Source: Octopus sinensis (taxonomy: Eukaryota). Taken from it: a DNA stretch of 64,000 bases. Shown here piece by piece: positions 11,303 through 24,938 of the stretch. The stretch is taken from the NCBI RefSeq assembly GCF_006345805.1, contig NC_042998.1, forward strand, positions 99,882,001-99,946,000, given 5' to 3'. How positions within the stretch are numbered: position 1 is the first letter of the stretch; every line of letters starts with the position of its first letter. The notes beneath the pieces were generated by a model. It saw nothing but the letters and a program-made list of their open reading frames with translations. It was not told the origin of the DNA and did no database searches. The translations under genes and the position numbers were made by a program.

Positions 11303-14145
11303 GGGGGGCTAAGAAGTTCGCTTAGCAACACAATGTTTCGAATGCAGTTCCACTGTATGATACTTACAGCAAGTATCTTCTGCTTTAGTCCTGGATCGAA
11401 CAGTACCTTGTGGACGAATTTGGTAGGGAGAAATCGTGTGGAAGCTCGTCGTATGTGTGTGCGTGTGTGTATCGTGTGTGTTTGATCTCAAATTGCTTGA
11501 CAACCGATATTGTTTACGTCGTCGTAATTTAGCAGTTCGGCAAAAGAGAATGATACGCTAAGTACTAAATTTAAAAAGAATAACTTGAGATTGATTTGTT
11601 CGATTAAACTTTTCGTTGCGGTGCTGCTGCATGGCTGCAGTCTAGTGAGTGAAACAAGTAACAGAATAAAAGAACACACAAACAAACAACGCAGGGTTGC
11701 CGACACAGAATGAAGCGTTTGGCATGTTACTAACTTGCACGATTTTCCTTGAAATTTTAAAAATAAACTACTTCTCAATATTTTACTTGAAACAATAATT
11801 TTCACCTCGGTTTATTTCGTTCATTCTGGCCTTAACCGCAAAAATTTTTAAATCTCTCAATCAACAACGAACAACAAGCATGCAAGCTTCTGAACAAACT
11901 TCAGATGATCAATATACAATCGAAATTTGTGAAGTTCGTGACTGCGTTACATTAGACATATAAGTGCCTTGCTTTCTATTCAACTAGGTTTTCAACAACA
12001 AGTACTATATTGCCTTGATTTCACTTCAAACCATAAAACAAAACCAGATTGGAAAACATTAGTTGACAATGCAACTATATTTTCGAATTCTTATCACCCG
12101 CATACACACACAAAACTAGATCAGTTATGGAAGTTACAGAAATTGGAAAATACATTGTATCGATATCATTTGCTAATCTCAAACAGAGACCAATTTCTGA
12201 TTTCTGAAAGAAACCTGGTATTATTTGTAAAAATGTTTAAATCTAGCGCTAAGGATATCATTAATCTCAACAAATACTAACCTATCATTACAGAGTTATA
12301 GTATTTTTATATTTTCTGCTTATATTAAAACAATAATAAACACCACTAATAAAACCAAGGATGTTATATAACTTCAAACAAAATATAAAGAGTTAATAAA
12401 AATTTGGAAAAAAAATTGTTTAAAAAATGATAAAATTTGAGCACTATCTTGAATAAATAAAACTCGTACATTTCATACAGGAAGTTTTTTAAACTTGAAA
12501 GTTTATCAATACACTGGGGCCGCACGCGCTCAGACACGCACATGCAGAAAGAGAGAGGCGTGGCAGGGACGGAGAAGCTTTCTCACTCATGAAAACACTT
12601 TCCAAACAGCAAAATAAGACAAAACAATGGTGAAAAGTGAAAAAAATCGTGGAAAGGGAAAAAGAATTATCAGTATGAATCATAACATCACAGGAAATAA
12701 CATTTGCAAACATACATCACCAAAAGAAAGTGTTTCGAATGTGACTCAGATTCCTTGTTGTTTACATAACTTTATTTGCGTTAGTAATAATATGATTATT
12801 TTGGTCAAGTTAGGAAATAGATGAACAAGAAATCTGTGAAGTTTCTAATATAAAACATTTATCGTTAACAAAATGTTGCCATCATGATAAACAACAGAAA
12901 CGGTAATATACATCAAGTGAATCACCTCAGTAGCTTGTATGAAATGTATGTTGTATGAAATGTGTGTAAATAATGATAGTAATCAACGTTGTGTCGATTC
13001 TAGCAGCTAGCTGGCTTATTCTGTCATAACCAATGTCGTCTTGGTCCGTAGCCGATGTCGGGTGCCATAAATTATTGTAGCGGATAGTCTTAGCTGTTTT
13101 ACAGTCACTGGAGTTAGCAGAAAGATAAACTATACATAGCAGTTGTCTGTCAAAGTAAAAAGACGTCAAAAACAAAGTTGTTAATGCCAACCTTATATGT
13201 TGTTTGTCCAAAATGTGCTTGTTTTACAACATTGGGATTTAACGAGTTAAAAATCTGTTGGATCTAATGATTTTAGTGGTCAGTTTTTTGCTGGTATCAC
13301 CAACTTTTGGTAGCAGCCTGTCTCTACTATTGTTATTTTAACGTGATTCCGGTTTGATTCCTAAGCAGTGAGCTGATGTTTGGAACTCTGCCAAATATCC
13401 TTACTTGACGTTTGTAACCCTCGTAACTAAAACTTTCATTGTATGTATGAAGGAGCTCTGGTGATAATAATAAAAAATAAGAAAATTATTATCTTTTTAT
13501 TTATAAAATTGTTCGATATTTTTTAAATCTTATCTCTATATTAAAAGTTTCTATTTCTTGCAACATTTGATATATTATTTATGCTCTTTTCGGCTTTATT
13601 CCCCGCTTCTCTCCTTTTATCTATCTATCTACCTATCTATCTATCTATCTTATTGCTTTGACGTTTACTTTTCCATTATTGAATGAGTTAGACAAAAGTA
13701 CATTGGAGCAAATTTTTCTACGACTGGATGCCTGTACTGTCTCCATACCTCATTTGTTTTTAAGTGAGGCAATAATTACCAAGTTTATTGAAAAAACAAA
13801 CAGCCCAAATATGCTTTTGAGGTGAATTGTAAACAAATGACAGCGCCACGAAGCTATTGTTTAAAAATCGGTGAATATACGAAGCCACTCACACACACAC
13901 ATAGCTTGTAGACGGACACACACACACACACGTCCAACTTTAGATTTGCACTAACCAATATTAGATTTGTACCGTTCAATTAGATTTCTGATCAACTTCA
14001 GAATTTTTTTTTTATACATATTTCTAAATAAAATATCTTGAACCCAAATATTTATATTATGTACCCTTGTAATCAGGAATTTTACCGCTATATCAATATT
14101 ATATCAATTAAAGATTTTTTGAATGAAAAAAGTTGTGAATCTAAG

Positions 14146-14223
<78 letters not shown>

Positions 14224-14774
14224 GAAATGAAGAAAATCATTTCCTTTTTTATATATCACAACTCGTGTTCGACATCTCCTTTTTTAAATATATATATATA
14301 CCATAAGATTCACAACTGTTCTGTTAATGGGAATGTTTAAAGAATGTTTAACTGAGTTGAAAAGATCTTGTGATGATAAAGGAATTTTTACACCTGTATT
14401 TATTCTAGATAATGCAAAAATTCATCACTACGGTAGATTAAGCTCAGCAATAAACGAGCTAAATCTAAATTTAATTTGCCTACCCCCTTATTAACCTTTC
14501 TTAAATCCGATTGAAAATGCTATTTTGTGTTTGGAAAAATTTGGTCTTTTCGTTCTAATGCATGAATTGAAAATGAATTAAAAGATTTAATTTCAAACAA
14601 ATTCAATATAGTGGACACTGCGATTCATTTAATAGAAAAATGTTAGGCTATATTTGTTTTTTGGAGAAGAAAAAGATCATTAATGAATAAAATCATATAT
14701 ATCTCTTCTTCAAAAAGCTTTACTTGATTTTATAAAATTTCTCAAATAGAAATTTTTCATTGATTTGTACCGTT

Positions 14775-14816
<42 letters not shown>

Positions 14817-14849
14817 GTACGTACATACATACATACATACATACATACA

Positions 14850-14881
<32 letters not shown>

Positions 14882-15562
14882 CATATACATATACATATAT
14901 ATATATATATATATACAGCAAAACAATGGACGGTGCTGAATCATATCTGCTGAATAAAAAGCAATCAGTGTTTTCTTTTCATTAAAAAAATAATTAAGCA
15001 TGCCTTTATTTCAATAAAATTTTTGGTTTTGTTAAACGAAGTTAAGGCAAAAAAATAAAATTCTTGAGAAACCAAATAGTCTTTCCTTCCTTCATTCCAA
15101 GTTTGAAGAAAATATCTCTTTTGCATCTTACTTTTTTGGCATTATTTCAAGCCAGCCGGCTTTTTATTTGCGCAAACTGCACGTGCATTTTTCTCGTGTA
15201 CGCATAGTATCGATCGCAACAGCTGATGTACTTGTGCGTACAAATGCACGTTCCCACGGCTTTATCGATCGCATTCTCTCCTGGAATCGATTTTTGAATT
15301 TTTTCAAGACTTATACACGGCCTGTCAAATTTGAGCGCAATTGGATGGAGGGTGACCGAGATCCTAGAAGACACACAGACAGACAGACAGAACGGATTTT
15401 ATATAATATATATATCCGTCTACCAGATCCACTCACAAAGCTTTGGGCGGCGGGTTGGGGAGAAGCTATAGTAGAAGTCTATTAGGCAAGGTGCCACGCA
15501 GTGGGACTGAGCCTGAAACCACGTAGTTGGAAAACGAACATCTTCACCACAAAACCATGCCT

Positions 15563-15593
<31 letters not shown>

Positions 15594-16751
15594 CATACAT
15601 ATATTCTATATCTATTTCTCCCTCCAGGTCAATCACATTCCAAGTCTTATCAATTTATTTCTAAATAAAGGACATCTCTGCCATGACACAAAATTAATTG
15701 GAGAAGTTGAAAGTAAGTAACTGATTCAGATTTTTTGCTTCTTTTCTTTTTTTATTAAATGGGAATCTTCAACATTAGCCTGGAGTATTAATATAGAAAC
15801 TTCATTTATTTGTTTATTTATTAGTTTTACAGCTTACGGTTAAGGAGTGTTTGATGTAAACAAAAATACATTTTGTTATGTGTGTGTTTCTGTATTTTAT
15901 GTGTATGTATATATTACTGCTATTAATTTTATTTTATTATCCTTTCTGTTGGTTCTTACGTTCTTTAGTTCAGATTCCACCGAGATCGACTTAGGCTTTC
16001 ATTCTTTTGGAATGGATGAAATGTCAATGTAATTGACTAACGCCTCTCCAGAAAATTTGAGGTCTTGTACCTTTAGTAGAAAAATTATTATTAGCAATAA
16101 TAATATTCAAAAGTAAATTGCCTGACAACACTAGATGTTATAATTACTAGTTTGCAATAATGTTCAAATTTAAAGAATCCTTAGAGTTCACCCAAGTATT
16201 CCTTTTGTCATTTTTCTCCTATTAAAAACGTAGTATTTTTTGTGCTAATAATTAAACAACAGGCTTTATAATTTAAAATGATTAGACCAGATTTCACCTT
16301 TGTTTATTTTTAAATTTCTAGCTAATACAACGAACGATTTCTTCGAATGTCTTACGATCAGAAAACATAGGAAAGTGCCTATGAAACCGACAAAATATCG
16401 AGTGAGAGAAAACCAGGAGAAAATATATTTCTCGTTGTATGTGAAATGAGCTAGCAGTGCTAGGTTTAGGCATAGAAAGGTCTTATGATAAGTGATCCTA
16501 TAGAGGCCCTATCTGGCAACAATTAGTCAACATTAAGGTTGTATAACTACTAAACTTGACAAGAATGCCGCCAAGATGTAGTAATCTTTGAAGTGAACGT
16601 TACTTCTTTAGAACTTAAAAAATATGTTCAATTTCAAGGCATCAATACGAAAATGATACTGCAAATTCATTCCCAAAGGATGTGTTTAATTCCTAAAAGT
16701 AAAGTACCCTTATAATTACGAAAAAATTGAAATGTAATTTGTAAACCATAT

Positions 16752-16802
<51 letters not shown>

Positions 16803-17973
16803 AAACAGAAAAAACCAGTTAGTATATAATTGAAAAAACATAGCAACTGTAACTAAACTTGCAAATTACATGTAAAAATTAGTAAAATTTTAAGTTAGGA
16901 TTTAGTAACATGTTTTGAAAGAAGTCCAAATTAGTGAAACTTTTTAGATTAGCAAAATTTATAAAGATCCAAAGCAAATGTTACGGAAATACAATAAGCA
17001 ACACCATGATACATAAATATAAAAACACTTCATAGAAAAGAAGAGAAATTCTCAAGGTCATTAGAAGATTGGACATAATTCTTTGCTCTACAATCTGAAT
17101 TCTAGTCCCACTGAGGTCAGCTTTAATTTTCATCCTTCCAGAGTCGATAATTTAAATACCAGTTAAATATTGCTATCTCTCTCTCTCTCTCCCTATATAT
17201 ATATATATATATACATACACACACATACATATATATATACACACACATAGGGTGGATGAAAAGTAAGTAGGCATTAAAAATTGGTAATAAAATCCACATT
17301 CCTTTTACAAATTGATTGAAACAAATGATGCATGTTCTTTATTACGTGAGAAAATGAAAGTAAATCTTCATATTTCAGCGTAAGCACTGGTGGCGTCAAC
17401 CAGTTTCCTCAAACGGCCAGGGATGGAATGAACAACTTTCTGAAGGGCGTCGTCTGAGATATCGTTGAGAACCTCCTGAATCCGTATCTCCAAGTCTTCC
17501 AGTGTGCGAGGTTTTGTCTCGTACATCTCTTCTTTTGTGTGACCCCACAGGTAAAAATCACATAGAATGAGATCTGGACTTCTTGGGAGTTCTGGACTTC
17601 TGGACATCAGCACTCACAGTCTTCAGATTTTTTAGCTCCTGCACGTAATGGGGGTTTCCACGAACGAAAATTCAATTCTTTATGCTACACCGTACGTATT
17701 GAGTGTCTTGTTAGTCCACTTTCACGAGCTGCTTGACGTGTTGATTTTTGCGGGCTGACCCAAAACAATGGAATTCCACACTTCATCTCAGCTCGATCCT
17801 GAACAGTCAAGCGACGAGCCATCTGGAAGATAAGAAATATGAAATAAGACAATAAGAAAATGGGAAATCCCCCATTAGTGTTGCCTGTTTTAAAAATGGT
17901 TTTGTCATGACTTTAGTGATACTAAAAATTCTATAAGCAATTTCTAATGCCTAATTACTTTCCACCCACCCTG

Positions 17974-18005
<32 letters not shown>

Positions 18006-21000
18006 TGTATGTAGGTAGGTAGGTAGGTAGGTAGGTAGGTAGGTAGGTAGGTAAGTAGGTAGGTAGGTAGTAGGTAGGTAGGTAGGTAGGTAGGTAGGTA
18101 AGTAGGTAGGTAGGTAGGTAGGTAGGTAGGTAGGTAGGTAGGTAGGTAGGTAGGTAGGTAAGTAGGTAGGTAGGTGGTAGGTAGGTAGGTAGGTAGGTAG
18201 GTAGGTAGGTAGGTAGGTAGGTAGGTAGGTAAGTAGGTAGGTAGGTTGGTAGGTAGGTAGGTAGGGAGGGAGGGAGGAAGGAAGTGGTTAATTTGGATTG
18301 CAAGAAAATTCTTAGAAGAATACTCTTGAGATAGAGAAAGGTTGAACGAAGAACTAGCAGTCTTCCTTCAGATATTCGGCTAAAACCGTCGTCTATCGAC
18401 AGCCTGGTGTAGAATACATCATGAAACGGTAATACATAAAAAAAGCGGTGTGATTAAATCTAATGGATATTGAAGCATAATTATATAACGATAAACTTAC
18501 AAATTTGTTTAATCAGTTGACATTTTTCAATAATCGATATAAAAAAAATAATAGCGTATGTTTATCATTCTCGCGTTTGATGTTGATAATTAATTTGACC
18601 TGCTAGTCACTCTTACGTGATTATAACACAACTGTATGTAATTCCGTCAAAAACTACACAGTGGTTGCACCTACTCTTTATACATATATAATGCATGTAA
18701 TATGTCGAACAGCTGTTAGCGCGTGTAAGACGATCCGGCAATCGACTGAATCGGCTGTGAATATCATCCCCACCACCTTTTATTAACCGGAAGGGCATGC
18801 AATTTCTCCATGTCTGGAGACTTGAACACCAGGGAAAGGAATAACGAAAAAAATTTTCCTCCTTATATGTGAGTGTGAGGCAATGTACTGATTTACGAAT
18901 ATCAGCAATATAGATAAAGAAAATATGTGATAGTCCACATCCAGTTGAGGATACGCTAGTTCTAATCTACAGTGATCATTTAGACTACATGCGTCAGTTT
19001 ATCCTGGATTCATGAATCTAAATGATTCGTCCCTGCTTGAAAAAGTCAGTAGATGTAGTACATATGTTTATTCTACAGCATCATCAAAAGTCGTTTTTGA
19101 CTTGGTGGGAGTTTATTATTAAAGAAAACATAAGATAAAGCAATACCTCCCCGCCTTCGCTAAGACGGACATAATAACTATGATCGTTGTGCAGTCATTT
19201 GCTGCTCGAGCTGAATAGATTAATGGACAAACAACTGAGACTGAAAAGTTGTCAGTTCGTATTCTATCACAAGTAATTTCACAACATTGCTACTGGTTAC
19301 AGAATAAGCTATACATATTTAGAATTCAGGAAAAATTCAGAATCTTAGGCACTCCGTCGAGACATTATAACCCCAAAGCTCGGCTTTTTCCACTCTTGTC
19401 AGTTATACTCAACAAACTCTTTCAGATCTGTCACACATTCTGTGACCTCGTGAGTGACTCTGTCCATTTTGTCACATGGGGCAGGGAGTTAATGATGAGT
19501 CACAGAATGTGTAATGAAATATCTTTTAGTTAAGAAAACTCGGTCTTTGAGACTTAAATAACATTTGTAAAATAAGGTAAAGCGTGAGTGCCACTTGTAG
19601 ATGTGAACTTTATCATTTCAAACAGAACTCTTTTAATCCAAATGCCATGGTGATGAACACAAGGCAGTGACAGAGGGCCCACATTCAAACTACGAGCTCT
19701 ATCGAATCAGTCAATTGCATTTGCATCATGTTAATTTGTGAAAGTTTCTTAATTTACACAATATAATATTTTTATTATTCCAGACTGGAGAGGAAAGTTC
19801 AACTACAAACCATGTTATTGCTTGTCAGATACAACCCTAGAAGACATTCAAGTTCCTCTAACATCGGAAAACACTACATGGTGGCGGCTATATGAACCAA
19901 CACATTTAGACAAACGTCTTCAGGAAAAGACAGATCCGGTGAAACTGGTTTCACATGAACAACTAAAGATTATTTTACAAAGGTTGGGCTTTATTTCTTC
20001 AACTGTTGATATCTAAAACAGAAATTTTACACATAAGTACGCGTATTATATTGCAAAGGAAACTTAGATGTTGTTAATGATTTTGTTGAATATTTCTAAC
20101 AGTGTAAAGTAAAAGAAGTTCCCTGAGCTGTTAGAAAATTTCTACAATTATGTGCTAAATGTACTGCAGAGCGTTTTCCTTTCAGGAGAATGTGTGTGCG
20201 TGATTTTCTGTCAAGTATATTTGATTCAAAACATAACACCGTAATACTTTTGAACTGTTTTTCATTTTTATAAAAATTTCTTGTTTTCTTACAAATTGCT
20301 TTGCTGATATTGATCTTGTATAAATTTTGCCAGATCGATTTTATATACTTGGCATATAGATGGCAGACACATAGCTTAGCGTGATTACTATTGACATTGT
20401 CGGGAATGAAGAAGTGTTGTAATGACAAACCTTAAAGGCATTCTACATATGTTGTTGGGATTTGTTGAAATACAAGGACTGCTTCCATAGTTTGAAGTCG
20501 TGTTTTGCATGGAATTATTCGATTTTTGTCCCCTTATTTCAGGAACAGCTTTATGTATTGGTGAACAGTCAACGGCTTTGGATAGCATAAAGATTAAAAT
20601 TGTAGCTTGGAAAAAAATAGCTGAAGTGGAGGACAGGAAGCCATTTGAATATTGGAGAAGAGTTACTTGTAACATGATGATTCGCACCAGGTGTCAAAAT
20701 ACCGACATCATGACAGGAGCTCAGTGTTCTGTGAACACTGTAAAGGCTATAAAACGTAACATAAACAGCTGCAATGGAGACTATGAAGCCATGGCCAGCA
20801 GGAAGGGACACAACAGGCATTCTGGCTGCGTCAGCACACCGAAATTCATCCCCACATGTTTGAACAGGGCTTTAGGCTCAGTCCAGATGGTTATGTGAAA
20901 CTGCTGGAGTCTAATCAGTCCATGGCTGGAGAGGGTTGCTGCTAGAAGGCCATACGTGTTATAACTGGATTTGGCTCCTTGCCATACTTTCAGAAAGAGT

Positions 21001-22729
21001 CTGGCCTCCGAATTTTCCCAAATGTAATTTCATGAATTACCACGTATGTGGTGCAATTGGGAAAGACACCAACCGCTTTATCTGCCACATCAAGGCCGAG
21101 CTGGCGGCCAAGATCAACCAGATGTTCGATGATCTTCCCAGGAACACAGTGAGAAATACATTCGTCAGGTTCCTGAGCTGTCTTGAAGCCGTGGTGGAAG
21201 CTGAGGGCAGCTACTTTGAGTAATCTGTTATCCCCCATCCATAATCTAGTTGCTATTTTTTTATTTAAAATACTTTTATTTTTAGGATGGGATACCGAGT
21301 TTTCTTTTCCTTTTATGCAAACTGTCAAATTTAACTCGAATACTTCGTGTGTGTGTAGGCACACCCGCATGTATACATATTTAACATCACTATTTTGACA
21401 TGTATGATGAAAGTCCGTGAGTCATTGAAGATGGTCATAAAATCAAAACGTTTGAGTTTCCTGCGGTAGCAAAATAATATTAATCAATGTCTAATACTAT
21501 CATATTTTCCTCGCTACATAATTATTTTCAGCATCTTGAAGCTTCCTGCATTAAATGTGTTAGCACTAACTAAACTAATGTATGCATGTTAATATGTATG
21601 CGCGCGCACACACACACACACACACAGAGTATTTAGTAATTCATTGCTTCAAGAGCGCTGCTGGTTTCACTGTTACAAGCTCATCTGTCAAATAGTTTGC
21701 AGTAAATATTACCTATAATATGTGTGTTATAGGTAAGTGGACAAGGGAAGTGATGTTTTGGCAAAGTATAAATAATGATTAAACTGTGTTGAATACCTGT
21801 CATTGTTATCTAGATGTGCATATTTTAAAGAGTCAAGAAGCAGCATTAGTCAGTTATTTTTAGTGGGGTTCAAATGACAGTTATTGATTAATGAGAATAT
21901 TGTCAAGAGATGTTATATGTGTGGTGGTCATTTTATAAACTTCTATTACTAAACATAATGTTACGAATCAAAGTTCATATATTTGGAGATATTTACTTTC
22001 ACTTCAAATTCTCTATATTCAAATAATCGCATTTTTATTTCCTTTTGAGTTTGTAAGTCATATTTATATTTTAGTAGGTATTGTGTATTTGAGTTCAATT
22101 TTTCATGAATTGTATTTGATGGAGAGTGATTGTAAAACTGCTTTGTTTACTTCAGAGTTTTAAATTTTAACCTTTTGGTGATTATATGTTGTCAACAAGA
22201 TATAATAAATGTTTGTGAGTTGGATATATAATTATTCATATCTACGCATCTGTAGTCACATCGTTTCATCCACGCCTGGATATGTACATTCATTTTTTGA
22301 TTCTCACTCTTTCAAATGTCAGGATTTAAGAACTTTTGGAGATTTGATCAAATCATTCATTTGACCATATAAGCATTATTCACTCGCACATCTGCATTTT
22401 CAAGTTTTTGCTAGTAGTTACACAAAGAATGATACATATATAAATAAAAATAACATAATATATGCAAAGTAGAGAGAAATATATACACATAAAAAGTAGA
22501 AATATATAAAAGCAGGTGAAAATATAGGACCTAGGGGCTACATATGTGATTTAAAACAAGTTTACTTTTATTTTGTGCTGGCAATTTACTTTTTCACGGG
22601 GTTTATTTACGATCACATTTTTAGGAAAGTATTTTTCACCTTTCTAGAGTGCATAAATTGCATGGCTTGTGGTTATCCGCATATGATTTCACCCTTGATA
22701 TTATTCTGTTTTAATTTGTATTTCACGAT

Positions 22730-22767
<38 letters not shown>

Positions 22768-24319
22768 GTGTGTGTGTGTGTGTGTGTGTAAATAATCAAA
22801 CTTTTTCTCGTGCATAATATGGTTTTTTTTGTTTCTTAGATATGTTAGTCAAAAATTTTGTAGAGTTTGAGATGTTGCTTAACATTTTAGTCAGCAAATC
22901 CAAAGAGTTTCAGGCTCAGTTTTGATCTTTCAAAAGGACCATTCCACATCATTTAAATCGCTGGGTTTTTTTAGTAAAAATACATCAATATCAAACAGTT
23001 ACTGAATACATACATACATACATATATAATATAAATAATATATAAATATATGCATATATACATACATATATATACATACCTACATATATATATGTATATA
23101 TACGTGAATATATGGGTACAGGACATCAAAAAAAAAAACGTTGAACACAACGAGAAATGAAAACATAAAAACAAAAACATACAAAACGAACTTTTTTTCG
23201 AACAACGAAAAACACAAACAGAGACACGAGACATGCAACATAAAGAATAGTCCCCTTCATCAATTGTCCCTTTTTCATCTACTTCACGTTTCGAAGGCAA
23301 TTCTGAGGCCTTTGATTTATGTAGCAAATGTATATTCAGCTAGACACTCAAAAAATAATTGGAAGCACTACATCATCTAGTGCATATTTGTACAATAATC
23401 TAATGACATTATATTTGATTGTGTCATACAGCTTGGAATTTACAAACCAGCTGCATTGTCAACAGCAAGAAGGAAACGATATGAAACGAGAGAAACATGA
23501 AATGTTTTAAAGAAAAATAAAAAAGAAAAACGTTAAACTTAGTACAAAACGCTGAAGTAAATAATCTAAGACTTAGAAAATGATAAACATAAAGGAGCAT
23601 TGCAATGTTTCAAGTAAATATCAGAAAATCTGATTTAAGACATAACAGGATATGAAGGTTGTGACATCTGATGTAGGATGGGTGCAAAAGAAACACACCC
23701 ACCATATATTTTTAACAGGCTGAATACTGACATAATGCTTTGATTTTAAATCCGGATTCTGTTTAATCTCTTCAAACAGCACCACCATCATCATCACTTA
23801 ACAAAACATAGAAAAGCCATTATGTCAAACACTGCTTAATTGCTTTTCTTTACTAGGATTGAGCATGGCTTTATGAATTTTCAAACTCAATGTTCTCATA
23901 AATTGAAATCAGGTCAAAATCTTCTGAAACTGAAAGTTCAATAAATGTCGAAATTATTTTTTGTTTTGTCTTGTTTTAATTTATTTTTATTTCATTATTT
24001 TATTATTGTGGTAAATTTTGTTTTCCATGTAAGTTTGAATTTCAACTTAGGTATTGTTGTTGTTGTTGCCGTTGTTGTTTTTTCTTTTTGTTTTTTTTTT
24101 TATTTGTTTCTTCTCCACTATCTCAGTTTTAGTTCATGAAAAACATGTTTTTATCCATTTGAAATTTCAAGTCACAAAACAACAGAAAAGAAAGCAATAA
24201 AAAGAAAAACTGAAATTAATTCAAAGCAAAATTTTCATCTTTGACATTGTGTATGTGCATGTGTATATATGTCTGCGTATACACACACACACACACACAT
24301 ATATACATACATACATACA

Positions 24320-24350
<31 letters not shown>

Positions 24351-24845
24351 GTCTGTGTGTGTATATATGTAGGTGTGTCTGTGTTTATGTATACACATGG
24401 TTAGTTGTGTAAGTGTATGTACATTTGTGTATATGTATATGTACTGGGCATGAATGTTTGCATATGTCTGTGCATGTGTTTATGTGGACTGAGGCGTTAT
24501 GTGTTTTGCTGTGTGTGCTTATGTGTGTGTGTGAGAGGGTTGTGTGTAAGGGAGGGTTGTTTATGTTGATGTTTTGCTTCTGTGTCTGCACATGTGAATG
24601 TGTATCTGTATTTTTAAGTATATGTTTATACTATCCTCTGTCAAATTAATTACTTTCTCAATACCATTCACGAAGCCATTGTATCTCCTCAACATCACAT
24701 ACATTCCTCTCACAAACATTCTTTCATTCTACATCTAATTTTCTCCTCCCTCTCTCTCCTCTTTCTTTCTCTCTCACCTTTCTCGCCCTCTCTCTCAAGT
24801 TGATTCTATAAATATCTTTCACTCTCTTTCTCCTCTCCCTATCAA

Positions 24846-24878
<33 letters not shown>

Positions 24879-24907
24879 TGTGTGTGCATTTGTGTGTGTG
24901 TGCGCGC

Positions 24908-24938
<31 letters not shown>

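Noticed and set aside
21900-23500. Possible nested minus-strand gene (ORF 22971..23327 and a KRCDYRC-containing frame near 22200-22420)
   Set aside because: Multiple stops, no consistent splice chain and no recognisable homology.
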